A stretch of DNA of 14,505 nucleotides from contig JAZDNN010000002.1 in the NCBI GenBank assembly GCA_043799675.1, positions 1-14,505 of the forward strand, written 5' to 3'. The stretch comes from Candidatus Aenigmatarchaeota archaeon. Its GTDB lineage: Archaea; Aenigmatarchaeota; Aenigmatarchaeia; Aenigmatarchaeales; JACQIB01. This document shows, in pieces, positions 1 to 6,499 of the stretch (positions are counted from its first letter, which is position 1; each line of letters starts with the position of its first letter). The notes under the pieces are model-generated. The model was not told where the DNA came from. It saw only the letters and a list, made by a program, of their open reading frames with translations, and made no database searches. Made by a program: the position numbers and the translations under genes.

Positions 1-37
1 TTACCAAAGGGAGAAGCAGGCGAACGGACATTCCCAT
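1..37 (-). CDS. Possible 5' end of a divergent gene running off the window (MGMSVRLLLPLV..., signal-peptide-like)
   Basis: ATG at 37 (alternative at 31) on the minus strand, open to the window edge; only 12 codons visible and no well-spaced TATA. Confidence 0.3.
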   Translation of the reverse strand, partial: MGMSVRLLLPLV

Positions 38-44
38 GCATAGA

Positions 45-50
45 TTTAAA
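45..50 (+). promoter_or_regulatory. Archaeal TATA box (TTTAAA) of tRNA-Ser
   Basis: First T lies 27 nt upstream of tRNA G1 (72). Confidence 0.75.
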
Positions 51-71
51 CTGCAATGCTTCATCTCGTCT

Positions 72-234
72 GCCGTCGTAGCCTAGCTAGGTAAGGCGCT
101 AGATCAGCGTTGAGGCGTATCTCGAAAACTAGTGCTCGCAAGGGCTCGCAGGTTCAAATGAGCACCGCAGTGCCAAAATATGTTTTGGCAACCTCCGGGT
201 TGCAGTGCTCTGAAGTATCCTGCCGACGGCGCCA
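72..234 (+). tRNA. trnS: tRNA-Ser(CGA) with two non-canonical introns (30/31: 103-119; 59/60: 159-217) and encoded CCA
   Basis: Acceptor GCCGTCG(72-78)/CGACGGC(224-230), G73, CCA 232-234; D-stem GCCT/AGGC; spliced anticodon arm CTAGT-CTCGAAA-ACTAG; long variable arm GCTC-GCAA-GGGC; T-arm GCAGG-TTCAAAT-CCTGC. BHB at 30/31: helix CGCT(97-100)/GGCG(114-117), bulges AGA and TAT, inner stem TCA/TGA. BHB at 59/60: helix TTCA/TGAA, inner stem GAGCAC/GTGCTC. Confidence 0.93.
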
Positions 235-243
235 GATCATTTA

Positions 244-504
244 TCAAGTGCTGGACTGTGAATATCCTTTTGCATCGCCTATTACAGGCAGCGGATGCAG
301 GGTATAGCCCGCCTTACGGAGCATGTCGGAAAGCAACTTCATCTCCTCATCACCTTGCTTCGGGTCGGTATCGTTCACTTCCAGCTTGACCAGGCATTCG
401 GGGTCGCCCATGCAGTACACTATTTCGACTATCCGTCCCCGTCCGATTCTGGCCAATCCGGCCGGGTTGGCATCGTGTCCGCTCTCAAGCCTCGCGTATC
501 GCAT
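244..504 (-). CDS. Small hypothetical protein (86 aa, MRYARLESG...)
   Basis: ORF track gives 244..519; start moved to ATG 504 because a minus-strand TTTAAG (534-529) begins 30 nt upstream. Confidence 0.6.
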   Translation of the reverse strand: MRYARLESGHDANPAGLARIGRGRIVEIVYCMGDPECLVKLEVNDTDPKQGDEEMKLLSDMLRKAGYTLHPLPVIGDAKGYSQSST

Positions 505-540
505 GCAATACCAAAGCACGGATAGGTTCTTAAACCGATG

Positions 541-1839
541 CTAGATTGAAATCAGATTCAGTTTCCTCAGTGACCAGTAAGCCGCCAACCCGGCCCCCAT
601 CACTGCGGCCCCCGCGAAGAATATCTCCTTGCTGAAGAAGAAAAGCATGAACATGTTGGCGGCAAGGCCCAATCCGGCCAGCACAGGGAACCTTCCTATA
701 TTAACTGGCATTTGGAACTGCCCAGGATGCCAGTGATAACTGGGCGTCCGGTAACGGAGCACTATGACCGAAAGGTTCACGACCGCGAACATGAGGAACG
801 CGCCGAAATCCGAAAGCTTAGCCACAGTCTCGATGCTTCCTATGGTCGTGAACGAGGCGGTGACAACCAATACCAGTATGATTGCCACCCACGGCGTCTG
901 ATGCTTGGGATGGACCTTTGACAGTATCCGCGGCATGCCGCCTTCCGCCGCCATGGACCGTATCATCCTTGAAGCGGCTATCATGGAAGCCAGGACGGTC
1001 GTAAGGGTGGCGCCGAACGCTATGAATGACAGGACCGGCCCGAGGCCCGGCATCGCGGCCTCTGCCACTACGGCAAGCGGTGCATCGCTGGCGGCAAGCA
1101 CGTCCATGGGTACCACGCTTACCGCCGTGATTGAAACCACCATGTACAGAATTGTTGATATTCCGAGCGCTATCAGAATACCGTGGGGTATGACGTTCTT
1201 GGCGTTCTTGGTCTCATCCGACATGTTCGCCACGTTCTCGAACCCCAGGTATGCGAAGAAGACCAGCAACGCCCCCGTCATCACGCCCCCGAAGCCGCCC
1301 TTCGGAACGGTATAATCCACGCTGCCAATGTAACTCCATCCCAGCGCCACGATTATGAGCAATCCGATTATCTCCACGGCCGTCAGCAGCATCTCGAAGT
1401 CGACGGATGCCCTGATGCCCTTGAAGTTCAGCATGGAAAGCAGGATGATGAGGACGATTGCCGCCGTCAGGATGGGAACGCCCGTCATCGCCGAGAAATA
1501 GCCGCCGAAGCCCAGCGAAACGGTGGCGGCGGTCGCTATCATGTTGTATATCGCCAGCCAGCCTATCAGGAACGCGAACCATTTCCGCCGGAAGGCGTGA
1601 TCGGTGTACGTGTACACCGCGCAGGACTTGGGAAAATGGCTGGAAAGCTCCGCAAAACTGAGCGCGGTAAGTCCGGCGACTATCGCCGCCACGCCATACG
1701 ACATCCAGACCGCCCCGCCGGTTATTCCAACGGCTTTTCCCAGCAAAGAATAGATTCCGGCGCCGACTATGATTCCGAGCCCGTAGACCGTTACGTCAAA
1801 CCTTCCGAGGACGCGTTTTAACCCCACCTTTCTTTCCAT
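541..1839 (-). CDS. APC-superfamily amino acid permease (432 aa)
   Basis: TM1 GIIVGAGIY, FAELSS..PK motif, TM6 FFAYLGFE, about 12 hydrophobic segments. Confidence 0.93.
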   Translation of the reverse strand: MERKVGLKRVLGRFDVTVYGLGIIVGAGIYSLLGKAVGITGGAVWMSYGVAAIVAGLTALSFAELSSHFPKSCAVYTYTDHAFRRKWFAFLIGWLAIYNMIATAATVSLGFGGYFSAMTGVPILTAAIVLIILLSMLNFKGIRASVDFEMLLTAVEIIGLLIIVALGWSYIGSVDYTVPKGGFGGVMTGALLVFFAYLGFENVANMSDETKNAKNVIPHGILIALGISTILYMVVSITAVSVVPMDVLAASDAPLAVVAEAAMPGLGPVLSFIAFGATLTTVLASMIAASRMIRSMAAEGGMPRILSKVHPKHQTPWVAIILVLVVTASFTTIGSIETVAKLSDFGAFLMFAVVNLSVIVLRYRTPSYHWHPGQFQMPVNIGRFPVLAGLGLAANMFMLFFFSKEIFFAGAAVMGAGLAAYWSLRKLNLISI

Positions 1840-4800
1840 GCGGAAGGTTGTCGAAAGGGACTAATAAAACATCCTTTTTCACCGCTTTGCGGGGCTTCTT
1901 TACGGAAGACGTTTCCGGCCTGGCTGCAAGAGGTAACGACGATGCAGGCAAAGGTCTTTGCCGGGCCATCCTGCCGCCGTATCCCTGCGGGGACCTTTCA
2001 TGCTTCCAGTATTGCCACGTGAATATCGTCATCACTATCAATATCACCACTATCCACAGGAAATCCACCACAGCGCAGGTTCCTTCCTCCTGCCATGCGG
2101 TGCACTGGTAATCCGTCTGACTGTCGCAACGATAGTTGGTCCTGAACCATATGCCTTCCGTGCAAGCGCCCCACGGACCCGGCGGCTGACAGGTCTTGCA
2201 TTTGTCGGTCAGTTCCGTGTTGAGGTCGTATCTGGCCGTGGCGCTGTTGCTGCGGGCGGTGAAATTGATGCCGTAGACGGCGAACGGCGCGAACTGCGGG
2301 ATGCTGATTGTGGCGCTTATCGGCACGCTCTCCTTCGGCTGCAGTTTCTCGATGAACGAAGGGCTTATCGTGACCCATTCGGAAGGTATGCCCTCGGCCG
2401 TGACGGTTATGTCTTCCAGCACGCGGTTTCCGGTATTGGTGAGCGTGAGGTCCAGCGGTTCCGTAGAACCCCTGCCGACCGTCACCTGGTTGATGCCGTC
2501 CACCACCGTGATATCGCCGTCGCCGGAAAGATTCATGTTCCATACGGGTATCTGTCCGGAAAGGGACTCGTTGAATATGGTCACGGTGCCCGGACCGGAG
2601 GGCCCTGACGGAGGAGATGAGCCTGTTCCGGTGACGGTGAATGTCCGGTTTATCGTGTCGTTCCTGACAAAGAAATCCGCGCTCGCGTTCAGGGTGGCTG
2701 TCCACGTGCCGGGGTCGTTTGTCAATGCCAGCGTACCGTTCCAGAAGTACGATGTGCTCGATGAGTTGGTGAACACGATGAACGTCCAGTCGTCACCCTC
2801 GGTTCCGGGCGTGCCCGTGCACCCGCCCCAGCCGCTCAACTGGAAGTAATCATAAATTCCCGCCCACCAGTCGGGAGAATCGGACCCTATCAGGTTGTAA
2901 ACGGCGTTCGCATAACCGGGACAGGTGCCGGAACCGCAGGTAAACCTGAAATAATAAGGCGGGGTTTGTGAGCCCGAAAACGAGGGCACCGAACCCGGAA
3001 CCAAGTTCTCATCGAACGCCAGCAAGTCGCTGCCTCCGATGTCCCAGCAGGAGTTGCCTGTTCCGCTGGTCAGGTTGGTCGTTGTAACCGTGGTGTTCGC
3101 CCGACGATACAGGCCGGAATGCAATCTGCTTCCGTCGGGCTTGGCCAAGCTGATGTTATAATTCAGGTTGTAGTTGCTCTGCATCACAGAAAGACTCTCG
3201 CCCCACGGGAAGGTTATGTCGGCCTTTGCGGTCAGGTTGTCTGTGGAATTGTAGCTCGTTCCAGGATAGCTGCCCGCAAGCAGGAAACTGGTATTGAGGC
3301 TTCCGTAAACACGCGCAGTCGGCTCACCGAGCGTGTTATAACTGTCGTTGACTGCCGTCCAGAAATAGCTTCCGGCGTAGTCGTGGTCGTCGGCCGGGCT
3401 CCACCAGTACGTCGCCACCCCGTTCACGCTGGTGTTGCTGCCCAGGGACCAGTAGGAGGATTCATAAGCGGAAGGCGCGGTCTGGTTTATCTCGAATGTG
3501 ACTTCCACCCCGCTCGCCCCGTCCGACAAGGTCGCTACGAGGGGGATTGCATCCGGATAGACGTTGCTCACGGAGTCCCTGTCGATTATGGAATTGTTGT
3601 ATCCCATCGAAAGCGTCAGGTTCTGTTTGGGCCCGAACTGGTAGAGATAGGCGTCGCTGTCAACGACGTACAGCATCCCGTTGTACGGGACCATGCTCAT
3701 CGGCCTTTTTGTGATGTGGTGGCTCCAGAGCAGGCTGCCGTCTGATGCATTCAGTGCAAGCACGTAGCTCCCCCACGGTGGCTGGTTCAGGTCCGCACCC
3801 ACATACAGGACCCCCTTGTTGTCCTGGACAGGTCCGGTCATGTAGGCCACGTTGAGCCCCAGGTATGACGACCATATTTCGGACCCGGTGACGGCATCGT
3901 GAGCGTAGCAGTATGAACCGTAGCAGAAATACACGGCATTCCCGTATACTTGGAACACCGCGTTGAGACCGGATGCCACCCCGTGCGCGACCGACCACGA
4001 CTCGGTCATGTTCGATATGTTGTACGCGTGAATCATGCCGTTGTCCTGGTCCCCGAAGAACACGTTCCCGTAGCCTACGGACGGGACCGTGGGAATCCGG
4101 CCGGTGAAGCTCTGGTTCCACAATCTTGTTCCGGTAAGCACGTCCAGCGCATAGATTTCGCCTGCGAATGCCCCGCCGGTCGACTCGTACGCGGTCAGGT
4201 AGAAGGTGTCGTTGTATATCGCCGGCGGGTCCCACACGAGCCCCCCGCCGGGAACGTTCCAACCGGTCACGTTTTCGGGCGTGAATTCCCATACCTTGTC
4301 GCCCGTAAGGTAATTCCTGCCCGTTATGGTGGTATGGTTATCGTTGATCAGGATGCCGTTGTGATAACCGGTGGCGAACATGTCGTAATAGAAATCATCC
4401 GTCACGTTCCACAGCTGGGTGCCGTCCGTGACGTTGTACGCGAATATTCCCGGAGCCCCGTAACTGGCCACGAACAGGACCCCTCTTGCAACCGTGGCAT
4501 CCATGGCGTTGATGTAACTGATATCGGCTATTTCCCATATCTCGTCGCCGGTCGTGGCATTGACCGCAACAACATAGTCCTGCGTGGGCACTATGATCAT
4601 GCCGTCCGTCGCCAGCATGGTATGATAATTTGCCACGCTGTCGCTTTCCACCCTGATCCTCCAGAGGACTTTGCTGCCCAACGGTCCCGATATGTTTGTA
4701 TTCGCGTATCCCCACCTCTCGTTGTTCTGTTGGGCGGTCGGCCAGTCAACGGCAATGCTGCTGTTCAGCCTGCTGTAACCCTTGTTCCCGCCGGTGACGT

Positions 4801-5188
4801 TGTCCGGGTCCACAATCACATGCACGTCATGGAGCTCGCTGGTTGCCGTCCAGGGCATGCTGGCGCTGGCCGTGGAACCGGCAGCCAGGGAAGGCAGCGT
4901 TCCGTTGGCCACGTTGCTGTCGTCGATGTAAAGCGCAATCACGAATGTGGCTGCCGGATCCTCGGTACCCACGTTCTTGACGGTGATGTTGAACTCGACA
5001 TTATCCCCTGTCTGCGGTCCTGCCGGGCTGTAGCTTATGGAAATCGGTCTTAAGTCCCCCTGGAAATCGGCGGGCGCAAAGGCGGTCACGACCGGCCCCT
5101 GTCTCATCATGGCACCGAACGCAAAGAATGCCGCCAGGACTGCGATGGAAATCACGGCAAGAATTCCCGTTTTCTCTGCTCCTTTCAT
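1796..5188 (-). CDS. Large membrane-anchored surface glycoprotein (~1130 aa): N-terminal TM/signal, CARDB Ig-like domain, PQQ/BamB-like beta-propeller repeats, further Ig-like domains, Cys-rich module, C-terminal TM and basic tail
   Basis: CARDB-like DLRPISISYSP...VEFNITVKNVG; repeats AVNATTGDEIW, AYNVTDGTQLW, ALDVLTGTRLW, AHDAVTGSEIW, ALNASDGSLLW; many NxS/T sequons; TM FLWIVVILIVMTIFTW. Start moved from TTG 5203 to ATG 5188 using the TATA at 5217-5211. Confidence 0.85.
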   Translation of the reverse strand: MKGAEKTGILAVISIAVLAAFFAFGAMMRQGPVVTAFAPADFQGDLRPISISYSPAGPQTGDNVEFNITVKNVGTEDPAATFVIALYIDDSNVANGTLPSLAAGSTASASMPWTATSELHDVHVIVDPDNVTGGNKGYSRLNSSIAVDWPTAQQNNERWGYANTNISGPLGSKVLWRIRVESDSVANYHTMLATDGMIIVPTQDYVVAVNATTGDEIWEIADISYINAMDATVARGVLFVASYGAPGIFAYNVTDGTQLWNVTDDFYYDMFATGYHNGILINDNHTTITGRNYLTGDKVWEFTPENVTGWNVPGGGLVWDPPAIYNDTFYLTAYESTGGAFAGEIYALDVLTGTRLWNQSFTGRIPTVPSVGYGNVFFGDQDNGMIHAYNISNMTESWSVAHGVASGLNAVFQVYGNAVYFCYGSYCYAHDAVTGSEIWSSYLGLNVAYMTGPVQDNKGVLYVGADLNQPPWGSYVLALNASDGSLLWSHHITKRPMSMVPYNGMLYVVDSDAYLYQFGPKQNLTLSMGYNNSIIDRDSVSNVYPDAIPLVATLSDGASGVEVTFEINQTAPSAYESSYWSLGSNTSVNGVATYWWSPADDHDYAGSYFWTAVNDSYNTLGEPTARVYGSLNTSFLLAGSYPGTSYNSTDNLTAKADITFPWGESLSVMQSNYNLNYNISLAKPDGSRLHSGLYRRANTTVTTTNLTSGTGNSCWDIGGSDLLAFDENLVPGSVPSFSGSQTPPYYFRFTCGSGTCPGYANAVYNLIGSDSPDWWAGIYDYFQLSGWGGCTGTPGTEGDDWTFIVFTNSSSTSYFWNGTLALTNDPGTWTATLNASADFFVRNDTINRTFTVTGTGSSPPSGPSGPGTVTIFNESLSGQIPVWNMNLSGDGDITVVDGINQVTVGRGSTEPLDLTLTNTGNRVLEDITVTAEGIPSEWVTISPSFIEKLQPKESVPISATISIPQFAPFAVYGINFTARSNSATARYDLNTELTDKCKTCQPPGPWGACTEGIWFRTNYRCDSQTDYQCTAWQEEGTCAVVDFLWIVVILIVMTIFTWQYWKHERSPQGYGGRMARQRPLPASSLPLAARPETSSVKKPRKAVKKDVLLVPFDNLPHGKKGGVKTRPRKV
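1862..1879 (-). promoter_or_regulatory. BRE/TATA for the APC permease, inside the 3' end of the upstream surface-protein CDS
   Basis: Minus strand AAAAAGGATG-TTTTATTA; first T (1869) is 30 nt from ATG 1839. Confidence 0.6.
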
Positions 5189-5237
5189 GGAACCAAATGG
5201 CAAGGCACGCTTAAAAATATCGGCACCGGCACCAACC

Positions 5238-5244
5238 TTAATAA
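5238..5244 (+). promoter_or_regulatory. TATA box (TTAATAA) of tRNA-Gly, back-to-back with the divergent TATA (5211-5217) of the surface-protein gene
   Basis: First T 28 nt upstream of tRNA G1 (5266). Confidence 0.65.
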
Positions 5245-5265
5245 GTTCTGTTGGCTACTCTGGAT

Positions 5266-5407
5266 GCGCCGGTAGTCTAGTGGTAGGATACGAGCTTGCC
5301 AAATCACGTGCAATTAGCTCGCGACTCGGGTTCAAAATAGCGCGCAGCGCCAAAAGCGCTTTTGCCGCCGATGCGGCGGTGCTATGATTGTCCCGGCCGG
5401 CGCACCA
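5266..5407 (+). tRNA. trnG: tRNA-Gly(GCC) with a canonical 37/38 intron (5302-5315), a non-canonical 59/60 intron (5337-5390) and encoded CCA
   Basis: Acceptor GCGCCGG/CCGGCGC, A73, CCA 5405-5407; anticodon arm CGAGC-TTGCCAA-GCTCG; BHB at 37/38 with helix TTGC/GCAA and bulges CAA, TTA; 59/60 helix TTCA/TGAT (one T-T mismatch), bulges AAA and TGT, inner stem TAGCGC/GTGCTA. Confidence 0.94.
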
Positions 5408-5468
5408 TCTGAATTCCGTGATGCGGTACCCTTTTTGCCTTTAAATCCTTTCCGTCGGTTCGACATGT

Positions 5469-5636
5469 ATGAACATAATCGAATGGCTTGACGGCCGCAA
5501 GGACGTGCAGGACTACCTGAAGGTCGGGTTGATATTGCCCGAAATAATGGACGCATATTGTACCGAAATGAAGGAAATGAAGAAAAACCCCATGGAAAGG
5601 GGGCATGCGGCCGTTTATATCAATGAAAATAATTAG
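5469..5636 (+). CDS. 55-aa ORF (MNIIEWLDGRKDVQDYLKVGLILPE...), possibly the 5' fragment of a disrupted 185-codon gene 5469-6026
   Basis: TTTAAAT at 5440-5446, first T 29 nt upstream of the ATG; in frame with the 5715-6026 ORF across two TAGs (5634, 5661); below the ORF-track size cut-off. Confidence 0.5.
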   Translation: MNIIEWLDGRKDVQDYLKVGLILPEIMDAYCTEMKEMKKNPMERGHAAVYINENN

Positions 5637-5714
5637 GTCATCCCTCTGGAAAGGGTCGTTTAGAGGCAGGCCGGGAGGTATTTTGACGGGTTTTCCGGCA
5701 CCATCAGCAGGAAC

Positions 5715-6026
5715 ATGCGGTTGATTGCAACGAACGAAAGGCAGGGCATCATAAGACCGTATTATGAAATATGTGATGCAGGCACCGCCTGCGCGCCCGT
5801 AAAACTCCTCGCTGAAATAGGAAGGCTCGGCAAGCCGCGCCATGCGGATTTTAGGATAACTTACGGAAATTACGTGTTCGACAAGCTGAAGAAAATGGAC
5901 CTGTTGAGGATTGAAAACGGCGATTGCGTGCTTGCAGGAGATGCATTGCAGATTTTCGACAAGGAGACCGTCCGCATATGGAACGACCTGAAAGAATGGA
6001 AGTATCGCAGGAAGTTCTTCGGGTGA
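5715..6026 (+). CDS. Hypothetical protein (103 aa) with a loosely winged-helix-like C-terminal half; possibly the 3' fragment of a disrupted gene
   Basis: ORF track; FDKLKKMDLLRIENGDCVLAGDA resembles a wHTH helix plus wing; no own TATA seen. Confidence 0.55.
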   Translation: MRLIATNERQGIIRPYYEICDAGTACAPVKLLAEIGRLGKPRHADFRITYGNYVFDKLKKMDLLRIENGDCVLAGDALQIFDKETVRIWNDLKEWKYRRKFFG

Positions 6027-6032
6027 ACCTGT

Positions 6033-6266
6033 ATGGGGTACGGTTCGTTCGTAAAGTCAAAAGAAGCCGTTCTGGACAACCCGAAACGGAGAAAGATGTA
6101 TGACATCATCCTCAAGAGCGGCGGGAAGACCGCGGATGAAATCAAGAAGGAGACAGGCTTGACGATGGAATCCGTGGATTATCATCTGCATTACCTGCAG
6201 ATGACCGGTTTCATACACACGACGGAAAGGAACCCGTACACTTATCGTCCCGTCAGGGACCCGTGA
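6033..6266 (+). CDS. ArsR-like winged helix-turn-helix protein (77 aa)
   Basis: LDNPKRRKMYDII...TADEIKKETGLTMESVDYHLHYLQMTGFI; Shine-Dalgarno-like GGGTGA (6021-6026) 6 nt before the ATG. Confidence 0.85.
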   Translation: MGYGSFVKSKEAVLDNPKRRKMYDIILKSGGKTADEIKKETGLTMESVDYHLHYLQMTGFIHTTERNPYTYRPVRDP

Positions 6267-6276
6267 CGCGGAACGG

Positions 6277-6292
6277 GGAAATAGTTTAAATA
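6277..6292 (+). promoter_or_regulatory. BRE and TATA (GGAAATAG-TTTAAATA) of tRNA-Leu
   Basis: First T (6285) 30 nt upstream of G1 (6315). Confidence 0.8.
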
Positions 6293-6314
6293 GGGTCCGC
6301 CCCCAAGCAAGTTT

Positions 6315-6436
6315 GCGGGAGTCGCCAAGCCAGGTCTAAGGCGCAAGGCTCAGACAGTGAGTGCGATGCTTAGGAAGACCTTAAGAAACCTTGTGGGTTA
6401 GTCCCTTCGCAGGTTCGAATCCTGCCTCCCGCACCA
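6315..6436 (+). tRNA. trnL: tRNA-Leu(TAG) with two introns (30/31: 6348-6367; 37/38: 6375-6387) flanking a 7-nt anticodon micro-exon; encoded CCA
   Basis: Acceptor GCGGGAG/CTCCCGC, A73, CCA; long variable arm; T-arm GCAGG-TTCGAAT-CCTGC. BHB1: helix CGCA(6342-45)/TGCG(6362-65), bulges AGG and ATG, inner stem CTCA/TGAG. BHB2: helix CTTA(6369-72)/TAAG(6382-85), bulges GGA and AAA. Spliced arm CAAGG-CTTAGGA-CCTTG has the G37 typical of Leu. Confidence 0.9.
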
Positions 6437-6499
6437 TCCGTGAAACGTGGTGCGCGCACCCGACAATTGATATAAAAACGGGCTTCTCCAAACTTCTCC

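Noticed and set aside
158..213. C/D-box guide RNA in the Ser 59/60 intron (ATGAGCA ... CTGA)
   Set aside because: The box C match is poor, both motifs are tied up in the splice helix, and the Gly homolog lacks CTGA
5695..5705. CCGGCACCATC resembling the tRNA-Gly 3' end, a possible att remnant
   Set aside because: Short, gapped match and no integrase in the window
6380..6386. Third possible Leu anticodon loop CTTAAGA (TAA)
   Set aside because: It is the complementary strand of the BHB2 helix and leaves two extra A's before the anticodon stem
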